Below, in pieces: positions 17,748 to 26,056 of a DNA stretch of 64,000 nt. Each line of letters starts with the position of its first letter. The stretch's first letter is position 1. The DNA is from an uncultured Actinomycetota bacterium (GTDB lineage: Bacteria > Actinomycetota > Actinomycetes > S36-B12 > UBA10799), in NCBI GenBank assembly GCA_963733395.1, contig CAVTCZ010000005.1:232323-296322 (forward strand), written 5' to 3'. The notes beneath the pieces were generated by a model. That model made no database searches. It was not told the origin of the DNA and saw only the letters and a list, made by a program, of their open reading frames with translations. The translations under genes and the position numbers were made by a program.

Positions 17748-20615
17748 GTGAGCGCAGGAAGGAGTGGCCGCATGGACGGACCCGCTCAGGTCGGTGACCC
17801 GGTGCTTGCCGGGGGAACCATCGATCCTGCGCGGGTGGATCCGGAGGCCTTCCTCGATCCGTACGCACTGCTGCAGGCGTGCCGGAACGCCGACGGCGAC
17901 ATCGTCGACTTCGTGTACGTCGCGGCCAACCGGGCCGGAGCGGCCGAATACGACCTCGATCCGTCACAGATGGCGGGTAGGACCCTGCTGGAACTCAACC
18001 CCGAGGATCGCAAGTTGGGGCTGTTCGACCAGCTGGTCGAGGTGGTCGAGACCGGCGAGTCGCTGTCGCTGGACGACTGGGGTTATCCGGAGTACGGAGA
18101 GGTCCGGTACTTCGACATCAGCGCCACCAGAGTCGGTGACGGTGTCGGGCTGGCCTGGTGGGACGTTACTCAGCGTTACCAGCGCGATCGCGCGGCTGCC
18201 GTCGCCGAACGCGAACTGCGCGCCACCTTGGACGCGTTGCTGGACCCCCACGACGTGCTCAGGCCCGTCTTCGACGACGAGGGTCGGGTCGTCGACGCCG
18301 AGTACCTGCGGGTCAACGCCGCCAGTTGCCGGTACCTGCAGCGGCCCGCCGAGCAGTTGGTCGGGCATCGGCTCCTGCAGGCGTGGCCTGCGGACGTTGC
18401 GCAGGTGGTATTGGGATGGGTGGCCCAAGTGCAGCGGACCGGGGAGCCACTGTCGCTGGACGCGCAGTCGGTGCTGACGCCCGACGGTGTGATGCGCCAG
18501 TTCGATGTGCGCGGTGTGCGTGTGGGCGATGCGGTGAGTTTCACCTACCGCGACGTCACGGCGCGGGTGTCGGCGGCCAAACAGATCGAGGAGTCCCGCG
18601 AGCACTTCCGGTTGCTCGCGGAGAACGCCTCGGAGGTGGTGGTCCAAACCGGGCCGGAGGGCACGATCACCTGGGTCAGCCCGTCGGTCACCCGGGTGAT
18701 CGGCTGGCCGGTGGCTCAGATCCTGGGCCGGCGGATGTCGGAGTTCGTGCATCCCGATGATGTGCCGGCGGTGTTGCCGGCCGAACTGGCGCAGCAAGCC
18801 GACGACATCGTGTGGGGCCGGGTGGAGCTGCGGATGGCCACCGCCGACGGTGGCTGGCGGTGGATGAGTGTGCTGGGCCGGGTCCTCCGGGATGAGGATG
18901 GTCGGGTCGTGGGCGGCGTCGACGCGATGCGCGACATCCAGGCCGAGCGGGACGCGCGGGCAGCCCTCGAGGAGTCCGAGGAGCGGTTCCGGCGTTCCAT
19001 GATGGATGCCGCTATCGGCATGGCGATCGTGGCGCCATCCGGTGCGTTGGTTCGCGTCAATCCCGCCATGTGCGAACTGCTCGGCCGGGACGAGCGCACT
19101 CTCATGAACAGCACGTGGCAGGAACTCACCCATCCGGACGACGTCGCCGACGATGAGCACCTCGTGCGCGACTTGCTCGATGGCAAGCGCGACACCTATC
19201 GGTTGGCGAAGCGGTACGTGCGACCCGATGGGGAGGTGGTGTGGGCGGACCTGACCGTCTCCTGCGTTCGCGACGACGCGGACCGAGTCCGCTACTTGGT
19301 TTCCCAGATCATCGACATCACGGCGGCCGTGAGGGCCCGCGAGGCCTTGGCCAGCAGCGAGGAGCACTACCGGTTGCTGGCCGAGAACTCCTCGGATGTG
19401 GTGTTCCGGTCGTCCGCGGCGGGCCTGCTGGAATGGATCTCGCCATCGGTGACCGAAGTGCTCGGCTGGAAGCCCGAGCAGGTGCTCGGGTCGCCCATAC
19501 TGGAGTTCCTCAACCCCGACGACGTGCCCGACTCGATCGCCCTGCGCCCGGAGAGCACCGCCCTGGTCGACTTCGACGGCAGGGTCCGGACCGCAGCCGG
19601 GCCGTCCTTGTGGATGGACATCAGTGCGCGCCCGCTCATCGACGAGGCCGGCGAGCTGATCGGCCGGGTGGGCCGACTGCGCGACGTGCAGGCCGAGCAC
19701 GATGCCCAGGAGGCGCTGCGCCGCAGTGAACAGCGGTTCCGGACCGCGATGGAGTCCGCGCCCACCGGCATGGCCGTGGTCGGTCTCAACCGGGAGTTCA
19801 TCGAGGTCAACCCGGCGCTGTGCCGCTTGTTGGGCCGCACCGAGCAGTGGCTGCTGACCCATGCGGTCACGGACGTCCTGGATCCCCTCGACGACGACCT
19901 CGACCGGCGGCTGCGGGCACAGGTGCTGGCCGGCCTGGTGCCGTCCCTGGTGCGCGACCACCAGATGATCCGCTCGGACGGTGAGCGGGTGCTGGTCGAG
20001 CAGTCCATCGGCCTCCTGCGCGATGACCAGGGCCGGGCGACTGCGTACGTCTCGCAGTTCGCTGACGTCACCGAGGCCCGCGAGACGCGTGAGCAACTGC
20101 GCTTCATGGCCACGCACGACTCCCTGACGGAGTTGCTCAACCGGCGCGAACTCGTCACCCGCATCTCCGGAGTACTGGGGCGGACGCCGAGGACGGGGAT
20201 CAACGTGGGGGTCCTGTTCATCGACCTCGACGGGCTCAAACCCGTGAACGATACCTACGGCCACGCGATCGGCGACGCCGTCATCGTGAACGTGGCGCGG
20301 CGGATCCATGACCAGGTGCGCTCCAATGACGTCCTCGCCCGCTTCGGCGGCGACGAGTTCGTGCTCGTGCTGCCGGCCATCCACGACAGTGAGGATGCCG
20401 AGCGCATCGCTGCCTCGCTGCACGAGGTCGTGGAGCGGCCGATGCTGCTGGAGGGCCACGAGATCTCGATGACCCTCAGCATCGGCGTCACCGTGGCGCG
20501 CCCGGGGGAGGACCCGGACGTCGCGATGCGGCAGGCCGATGCGGCCCTGTACCGGGCGAAGCGGGAGGGCCGGGCGCGGACCGTGGTGTACGACGCGGGG
20601 ATCGACGGCGACTGA
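17748..20615 (+). CDS. Multi-PAS sensor diguanylate cyclase (GGDEF)
   Basis: Intact 955-aa ORF with several PAS-like repeats (e.g. EHFRLLAENASEVVV, ERFRRSMMDAAIGMAIV, EHYRLLAENSSDVVF, QRFRTAMESAPTGMAVV). The C-terminal region has HDSLTELLNRR..ARFGGDEFVLVLP. The exact start is uncertain. Confidence 0.85.
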   Translation: MSAGRSGRMDGPAQVGDPVLAGGTIDPARVDPEAFLDPYALLQACRNADGDIVDFVYVAANRAGAAEYDLDPSQMAGRTLLELNPEDRKLGLFDQLVEVVETGESLSLDDWGYPEYGEVRYFDISATRVGDGVGLAWWDVTQRYQRDRAAAVAERELRATLDALLDPHDVLRPVFDDEGRVVDAEYLRVNAASCRYLQRPAEQLVGHRLLQAWPADVAQVVLGWVAQVQRTGEPLSLDAQSVLTPDGVMRQFDVRGVRVGDAVSFTYRDVTARVSAAKQIEESREHFRLLAENASEVVVQTGPEGTITWVSPSVTRVIGWPVAQILGRRMSEFVHPDDVPAVLPAELAQQADDIVWGRVELRMATADGGWRWMSVLGRVLRDEDGRVVGGVDAMRDIQAERDARAALEESEERFRRSMMDAAIGMAIVAPSGALVRVNPAMCELLGRDERTLMNSTWQELTHPDDVADDEHLVRDLLDGKRDTYRLAKRYVRPDGEVVWADLTVSCVRDDADRVRYLVSQIIDITAAVRAREALASSEEHYRLLAENSSDVVFRSSAAGLLEWISPSVTEVLGWKPEQVLGSPILEFLNPDDVPDSIALRPESTALVDFDGRVRTAAGPSLWMDISARPLIDEAGELIGRVGRLRDVQAEHDAQEALRRSEQRFRTAMESAPTGMAVVGLNREFIEVNPALCRLLGRTEQWLLTHAVTDVLDPLDDDLDRRLRAQVLAGLVPSLVRDHQMIRSDGERVLVEQSIGLLRDDQGRATAYVSQFADVTEARETREQLRFMATHDSLTELLNRRELVTRISGVLGRTPRTGINVGVLFIDLDGLKPVNDTYGHAIGDAVIVNVARRIHDQVRSNDVLARFGGDEFVLVLPAIHDSEDAERIAASLHEVVERPMLLEGHEISMTLSIGVTVARPGEDPDVAMRQADAALYRAKREGRARTVVYDAGIDGD

Positions 20616-20664
20616 CCCGGGCCTTCCCGCGGCGCGACGTGCGGTGCCGGGATACCCTGCCCAC

Positions 20665-21783
20665 ATGCGAAGCGCACTGCGTGTCCTCCTGCCCATCGCC
20701 GTGGCGACCACTGTTCTGGCCGCCCCTGCGGTGGCTCATGCCGACACTGTGTGGTTGTGCCGGCCCGGCGCCGATCCGAACCCGTGCAGGGGGTCGTTGA
20801 AGACCACCATCAAGTCCCCGGACGCCCCGAAGCGGGTGGTCAACCCCAAGCTGCCGGCGAGGCCCAAGATCGACTGCTTCTACGTCTATCCCACGGTCAG
20901 CGAGCAGTCGGGGAGCGTCGCGGATCTGACCATCGACCCGGCGGAGGTGTCGATCGCGCAGCACCAGGCGTCCCGCTTCAGCCAGGTGTGCGATGTGTAT
21001 GCGCCGATGTACCGGCAGATCACGCTGCAGGTCATCCTCGGTGGCACGTCGGCCACGGAGGAGCAGCGGGAAGCGGCATATGGTGACGTCTTGGCCGCTT
21101 TCGAGGAGTTCCGGGCGGCGAACCCGGACCGGGGCTTCGTCCTCATCGGGCACTCCCAAGGCGCCAGCGTGCTGAAGCGACTCGTGCGCGAGGAGATCGA
21201 CCCCGATCCGGTGCTGCGACAGCAGATGGTGTCGGCGATGCTCTTCGGCGCCAGCGTGGCCGTGCCGGTCGGCAAGACCAAGGGTGGGGACTTCGCCAAT
21301 ACGCCGGTCTGCACCCGGCCGAAGCAGACCGGTTGCGTGATCTCCTACGCCTCGTTCAGCCAGACACCGCCAGACGGGTCGTTCGGCCGGGTCCGGACGG
21401 ATTCGACCACACTTCCGGCCGGGGTGACGTACGAGGCGGCATGCACGAACCCGGCGGCTCTGAAGGGCGGGTGGGCCCCGATCGACACCATCATCCGCAC
21501 GACCCCGGTCCCAGGGCTGCTCGGTGCGGCCGCAGGAATCCTCTACGGTGGCGCACCCCCGACCGCCAAGACGCCCTGGCTGACCCCCAAGGACCGGTAC
21601 AAGGCCAAGTGCATGACGTCCAACGGCGCCCATGTGCTCATGGTCAAGGGCATCGGCAAGGCCCGGAAGCTGAGCGGCTCTCCGACTCCGGGTTGGGGAT
21701 TGCACCTGGTCGATATCAACCTGCCGTTGGGGAACCTGATCGATCTGGTGCGGACCCAGCAGAAGGCCTTCGCCGCCCGGTGA
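20665..21783 (+). CDS. Secreted alpha/beta-hydrolase (DUF3089-like lipase/esterase)
   Basis: The ATG at 20665 gives a signal peptide MRSALRVLLPIAVATTVLAAPAVAHA. DCFYVYPT and the nucleophile elbow LIGHSQGA are present. Confidence 0.8.
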   Translation: MRSALRVLLPIAVATTVLAAPAVAHADTVWLCRPGADPNPCRGSLKTTIKSPDAPKRVVNPKLPARPKIDCFYVYPTVSEQSGSVADLTIDPAEVSIAQHQASRFSQVCDVYAPMYRQITLQVILGGTSATEEQREAAYGDVLAAFEEFRAANPDRGFVLIGHSQGASVLKRLVREEIDPDPVLRQQMVSAMLFGASVAVPVGKTKGGDFANTPVCTRPKQTGCVISYASFSQTPPDGSFGRVRTDSTTLPAGVTYEAACTNPAALKGGWAPIDTIIRTTPVPGLLGAAAGILYGGAPPTAKTPWLTPKDRYKAKCMTSNGAHVLMVKGIGKARKLSGSPTPGWGLHLVDINLPLGNLIDLVRTQQKAFAAR

Positions 21784-22622
21784 GTTCGATCCGGCAGTTG
21801 CGCCGGCCCGAACTCGACACCGTGCTGGACTGGGCCGCCGCGGAGGGCTGGAATCCCGGCGCCGATGCCGACGCGTTCTGGGCCTGCGACCCGGAGGCCT
21901 TCCTGGGGGTGGAGCAGGACGGTGAACTGATCGCCGCCGGTGCCATCGTCGATTACGGCGGGCGTTTGGGCTACATGGGGCTGTTCATCGTGCGCCCGCA
22001 GTTCCGCGGCCGGGGGCTGGGTCGCGAACTCTGGTACCACCGCCGGGATCGGCTGCTCGAGCGCCTGCAACCGGGCGCCCCGCTGGCCCTCGACGGGGTG
22101 AAGGAGATGGAGCCCTTCTACTCGGCCGGCGGCTTCCGTACAGTGCACGACCAGCACCGCATGCGGGTGAGCAGCGTGGTCGAGTCGGTGCCCGCGCGGG
22201 TCCGACGCATCCACGCGCCGACAGGCAGCCTGCCCGAGCTGGACACCCGGTGCTTCGGGGCCGCGCGCCCGGCCTTCCTGCGGGCCTGGCTGGCCCAGCC
22301 CGACCACCTGTGCCTGGCGCACGTGGATGATCGGTTGCGCGGTTATGCCGTCCTGCGGCCCTGCCGGGTCGGGTACAAAGTGGGACCTCTGTTCGCGGAT
22401 TCTGCGACGGTCGCCGATGAGCTCTTCCGCGGTCTGTGCGCCGACCTGCCCGTCGGGTCGCAGGTCTTCGTCGACGTCCCCGGGGTGAACTCCGAGGCGC
22501 TGCGCTGGGTCACCGACCGTGGCGGCGAAGAGGTCTTCACCTGCGCCCGGATGTACTACGGCCCGCCCCCGACCACGGATTGGAGCCGGGTCTTCGGCGT
22601 GACGACGCTGGAATTGGGCTGA
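21780..22622 (+). CDS. GNAT-family acetyltransferase with a C-terminal YitH-like domain
   Basis: The GTG at 21780 overlaps the preceding stop (GTGA). IRQLRRPELDTVLDWAAAEGWNPG.. and LFIVRPQFRGRGLGRELW (acetyl-CoA motif) are present. The upstream part of ORF 21333..22622 overlaps the previous gene. Confidence 0.75.
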   Translation: MSSIRQLRRPELDTVLDWAAAEGWNPGADADAFWACDPEAFLGVEQDGELIAAGAIVDYGGRLGYMGLFIVRPQFRGRGLGRELWYHRRDRLLERLQPGAPLALDGVKEMEPFYSAGGFRTVHDQHRMRVSSVVESVPARVRRIHAPTGSLPELDTRCFGAARPAFLRAWLAQPDHLCLAHVDDRLRGYAVLRPCRVGYKVGPLFADSATVADELFRGLCADLPVGSQVFVDVPGVNSEALRWVTDRGGEEVFTCARMYYGPPPTTDWSRVFGVTTLELG

Positions 22623-22625
22623 GGG

Positions 22626-22694
22626 TGTGACTGCGGTCACGCCCTGCGCGCCCAGTGAGGGTCTTGCGCGGGCTGGCGTGTGACCACCGTCACC
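22626..22694. promoter_or_regulatory. Two CRP/GlxR-type boxes (TGTGA-N6-TCAC) upstream of the first amidase-like paralog
   Basis: TGTGActgcggTCACg is at 22626-22641 and TGTGAccaccgTCACc is at 22679-22694, 53 bp centre to centre. They lie in the 160-bp intergenic region before the ATG at 22783. Confidence 0.45.
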
Positions 22695-22782
22695 ACCTGG
22701 CGTGGGCCAGGTCACGCGTGGACGGGTGGGAACCGGGGAATCACGAAGGTGTCCAGATCCCGACCTTCGGAGACCACGACCC

Positions 22783-23352
22783 ATGAACGCCAAGACCATC
22801 CTCGCCGCAACGATCGCTCCGGCGATCCTGTCGGCCGGTTTCGCGGCCGCCCCGGCGTCCGCCGTCACCCCGGCGTCTGCTTCCGCGGTCGTTTCGGTGA
22901 AGGAGAAGAACTCCAACAAGCGCACCGCTGCCACGCAGCGCTCCTCCCGCGCCGCCGGCATGTCCATGCGGACCAAGGGAACCCGCTTCGCGCCGACCAC
23001 CGCCGCCAACCGGCTCGAGAAGTGGGCCAAGCGCGGCACCAGCGGCTACCACAACCAGTGCCTGCGGCTCGCGGACAACGCGTACCAGCCCAAGGGCAAC
23101 CGAACCAGCACCGCGCTGAACCAGTGGTACCGGGCCAAGCGCAAGGGCTACGGTCACGTCGGCAACCGCAAGCCGCCGGTGGGGGCGCAGATGTTCTGGC
23201 GGACGTCCAACCCGGCTGGCCACATCGCGACCTACGTCGGTAACGGCAAGGCCGTGACCAACATGCCCGGCGGCAAGGTGAAGAAGATCAACTGGAGGAA
23301 GATGAACTCCTGGGGCAAGTACCTCGGCTGGGCCGAGCCGTACTACGGCTGA
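22783..23352 (+). CDS. Secreted Cys-His (papain-fold, NlpC/P60- or CHAP-like) putative peptidoglycan amidase, paralog 1
   Basis: The ATG at 22783 gives the signal peptide MNAKTILAATIAPAILSAGFAAAPASA. The C-terminal ~125 aa carry GYHNQCLRLADNAY, PVGAQMFW, AGHIATYVGNGKAVTN and WGKYLGWAEPYYG. All of these are conserved in 23736..24356 and 32888..33421. Confidence 0.7.
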   Translation: MNAKTILAATIAPAILSAGFAAAPASAVTPASASAVVSVKEKNSNKRTAATQRSSRAAGMSMRTKGTRFAPTTAANRLEKWAKRGTSGYHNQCLRLADNAYQPKGNRTSTALNQWYRAKRKGYGHVGNRKPPVGAQMFWRTSNPAGHIATYVGNGKAVTNMPGGKVKKINWRKMNSWGKYLGWAEPYYG

Positions 23353-23363
23353 CCCCATTTCTT

Positions 23364-23396
23364 GAAGGACCCGGTGCCACGCGCGCCGGGTCCTTC
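23364..23396 (+). terminator. Hairpin downstream of paralog 1
   Basis: Perfect 11-bp stem gaaggacccgg / ccgggtccttc with an 11-nt loop, followed by gcTTTg, 12 nt after the stop. Confidence 0.5.
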
Positions 23397-23445
23397 GCTT
23401 TGTGCTGGGGGCGCTGGGCCCCGGTGCGGGCAGTAGGTGGGTTTC

Positions 23446-23604
23446 GGCGCGGGCGGATTGCGCGGGAGGCGATTCGCTTGCCGTTGGCGCAATCTGCTCG
23501 TTTGGGCCTGATGCCGCTGGCGCGGGCGGATTGCGCGGGAGGCGATTCTGTTGCCGCTGGCGCAATCTGCTCGTCTGGGCCTGATGTCGCCAGCGCAATC
23601 TGCC
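23446..23604. repeat. 73-bp tandem repeat (2 full units plus a 13-nt partial third) with internal inverted 8-mers
   Basis: Unit 1 (23446-23518) and unit 2 (23519-23591) differ at 6 of 73 positions. Each unit contains GATTGCGC and, about 27 nt later, its reverse complement GCGCAATC. A further GCGCAATCTGC follows at 23592-23604. Confidence 0.7.
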
Positions 23605-23650
23605 CACCCGAACCTCGCCCACACCCAGTGCGGTGATCGAGCCCACACCC

Positions 23651-23666
23651 CCCGGTGATCCACTTC
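23651..23666. promoter_or_regulatory. CRP-type box (gGTGA-N6-TCACg) upstream of paralog 2
   Basis: GGTGAtccactTCACG lies 70 nt upstream of the GTG at 23736. A weaker GGTGAtcgagcCCACA is at 23629-23644. Confidence 0.3.
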
Positions 23667-23735
23667 ACGCATACCCATGGCGGGTACCGGGCACCACAGG
23701 AGCGTAGGACTTTCCCCGAGTATCTGGAGTGCATT

Positions 23736-24356
23736 GTGAAGCGCACCGCCTCGCTGGTCGCCAGCGCCGTGGCCGTGCCCCTGTTCGCCACGTCTGTGGC
23801 TGCACTGACCCCGGAGTCCCCCGCCCTGCCGCACACCGCCCTCGCAACCACCGTTGCCGTGTCCGCCCCGACCATCCAGATCGCCGGCGACACCGACCTC
23901 GCGGCGGCCGCCTCCTGGGCGCAGAAGGCCGAGCTCCGCGAGCGCAAGCGGGCCGCACGCAGTGGTGGCCTGCGCACCTACGGAACCGCCAACACCGCCG
24001 AGCAGGCCGTCGCCAAGCTCAAGCAGTGGGCCCACCAGGGCATGGGTGGATACCCGAACCAGTGCCTACGGCTGACCGACGACGCCTTCGGTGCCTCAAA
24101 CCGCACCACCACCGCCCTGGCCCAGTGGGCGCGGGCGAAGGAAGCCGGTGTCGCGCACCCTGACAGCAGGGACATCCCGGTGGGTGCCCAGATGTTCTGG
24201 CAGACCTCCCATCCTGCCGGCCACATCGCCACGTACGTGGGTGACGGCAAGGTCGTCACGAACATGCCCGGCGGCAGCGTGGAGATCGTCAACTGGCACG
24301 AGTTGAACGAGTGGGGGCCCTACCTCGGGTGGGCGAATCCGTACTACGGCCGATAG
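23736..24356 (+). CDS. Secreted Cys-His putative peptidoglycan amidase, paralog 2
   Basis: The GTG at 23736 follows GGAG and gives VKRTASLVASAVAVPLFATSVAA (signal peptide). Motifs are GYPNQCLRLTDDAF, PVGAQMFW, AGHIATYVGDGKVVTN and WGPYLGWANPYYG. Confidence 0.7.
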   Translation: MKRTASLVASAVAVPLFATSVAALTPESPALPHTALATTVAVSAPTIQIAGDTDLAAAASWAQKAELRERKRAARSGGLRTYGTANTAEQAVAKLKQWAHQGMGGYPNQCLRLTDDAFGASNRTTTALAQWARAKEAGVAHPDSRDIPVGAQMFWQTSHPAGHIATYVGDGKVVTNMPGGSVEIVNWHELNEWGPYLGWANPYYGR

Positions 24357-24383
24357 CCCCGCCGCGTCCGGCAAGATGAGGAC

Positions 24384-26054
24384 GTGAGCAGCGCTATCGT
24401 GCGCAGGTGGCTGCCCGGAATGGGTGGCCACCTGCGGCCGTTCGAGCGCCACAACCTGGTCGCTGGACTCACGGTCACCGCCTACCTCGTTCCGCAGGTC
24501 ATGGCCTACGCGGTCCTGGCCGGCCTGTCTCCGGTGGCGGGCCTTTGGGGGGCGCTGGTCGCGCTCCCGCTGTACGCGCTGCTGGGAACCTCCCGCTGGC
24601 TGAGCTTCGGGCCGGAATCCAGCGTCGCGGTGATGACAGCAGCAGTCATCGTCCCGCTGGTGGCCGCTGGGGAGACCACATCGGCGTCCGCGGCGGCGGC
24701 CCTGGCTTTGGCGGTCGGCCTGGTGGGCCTGCTCGCGAGCCTGCTGCGGCTGTCGTTCGTGGCTGATCTGTTGTCCCGTCCGATCCTCGTCGGGTACATG
24801 GCAGGGATCGCAGTCCTCATGATCGACAGTCAGCTCGACCGGGTCCTCGGTGCGATCACTCCCGACTCGGACATCATCTTCGAGCATCTGTGGCTGCTGG
24901 TGGGATCCAGCCCGCAGTGGCCCGCCATCGTCACGGCGACCACGGTTCTGGTCGCGCTGTTGGTCCTCGGGCGCACCCGGTTCAAGGCCTTCGCCCCGCT
25001 CATCGCGCTCACAGCGGCCGTGGTCGTCGCCGCTGTGCTCAACGCACTCGACCAGCCGGTGTTGCTGCTCGGGGAGGTCCCCGCCGGGCTGCCGCTACCG
25101 GCGTTGCCGATGGTGCCGGTGAGTGTCATGCCGGAACTGGGGGTGGCGGCGCTGGGCGTGCTGCTGGTCGCATTCGCCGATGCCACGTTGACCGGACGCT
25201 CCTTCCACCGGGCGCCGGATCCGCCGTTGCTGCCCGCCACCGAGTTGCGGGCACTGGCCGTCGTGAACGTCGCCGCCGGGTTGTTCCGGGGGATGCCGGT
25301 GTCGACCAGTGGCAGCAGGTCGGCCGTCGCCAGGGCGGCCGGGGCGACCTCGCAGGGCTACTCGATCGCGGCGGCGATGTTCCTGGCCGTCGTCCTCGTG
25401 GTGGCCGGTCCGGTGCTGGAGGTCGTCCCGCAGGCGGCGCTCGGCGCCCTGGTGGTGTACGCCGCGGTGCTGCTGATAGATGTCGCCGACTTCCGCCGGC
25501 TGTGGCGCTTCCGGCGCTCGGAGTTCTGGCTGGCGATCATCACAACCGTCGGGGTGCTCGTGTTCGGGGTCCTCTACGGAGTGCTGGTGGCAGTGGCGCT
25601 GTCGGTGTTGCTGCTGCTGGTCGAGGTGGCCCGGCCGGCCTCGGCCGCGCTGGGGTTCGTGCCCGATCTGGCCGGCATGCACGACATCACCGACTTCCCC
25701 GATGCCCGCGAGGAGCCGGGCCTGCTGATCTTCCGCTACGACTCCCCGCTCTTCTTCGCCAATGCCGAGAACTTCCTCAACCATGCCCGGGAGATGGTGT
25801 CCGAGCGGATCCCCGGTCTCGAATGGTTCGCCTTGCAGTGCGAGGCCATCATCGAGATCGACTCGACCGGGCTCAGTGCGCTGGAGGCGCTGGCCGACGA
25901 AATCGAATCAGCCGGTATCCGCTTCGTCCTCGTGCGAGCCAAGAGTGAACTCGTCGAGTCGTTGGCGAATACCGGCTTCATCGAGCGGATCGGTTCCGAG
26001 TACGTGTTCCCGACACTGCCGACACTGGTTGCGGCGTTCCGGGAGCGTGCCTGA
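24384..26054 (+). CDS. SulP-family anion (sulfate) permease with a C-terminal STAS domain
   Basis: Intact 556-aa ORF with AGLTVTAYLVPQVMAYAVLAGLSPVAGLW and a multi-TM core. The C-terminal part has FRYDSPLFFANAENF..IEIDSTGLSALEAL (STAS). Confidence 0.85.
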   Translation: MSSAIVRRWLPGMGGHLRPFERHNLVAGLTVTAYLVPQVMAYAVLAGLSPVAGLWGALVALPLYALLGTSRWLSFGPESSVAVMTAAVIVPLVAAGETTSASAAAALALAVGLVGLLASLLRLSFVADLLSRPILVGYMAGIAVLMIDSQLDRVLGAITPDSDIIFEHLWLLVGSSPQWPAIVTATTVLVALLVLGRTRFKAFAPLIALTAAVVVAAVLNALDQPVLLLGEVPAGLPLPALPMVPVSVMPELGVAALGVLLVAFADATLTGRSFHRAPDPPLLPATELRALAVVNVAAGLFRGMPVSTSGSRSAVARAAGATSQGYSIAAAMFLAVVLVVAGPVLEVVPQAALGALVVYAAVLLIDVADFRRLWRFRRSEFWLAIITTVGVLVFGVLYGVLVAVALSVLLLLVEVARPASAALGFVPDLAGMHDITDFPDAREEPGLLIFRYDSPLFFANAENFLNHAREMVSERIPGLEWFALQCEAIIEIDSTGLSALEALADEIESAGIRFVLVRAKSELVESLANTGFIERIGSEYVFPTLPTLVAAFRERA

Positions 26055-26056
26055 CC

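Noticed and set aside
23446-23604. Possible CRISPR array
   Set aside because: There are only two directly abutting 73-bp units plus a fragment, with no unique spacers between repeats and no cas genes in the window. It is a tandem repeat.
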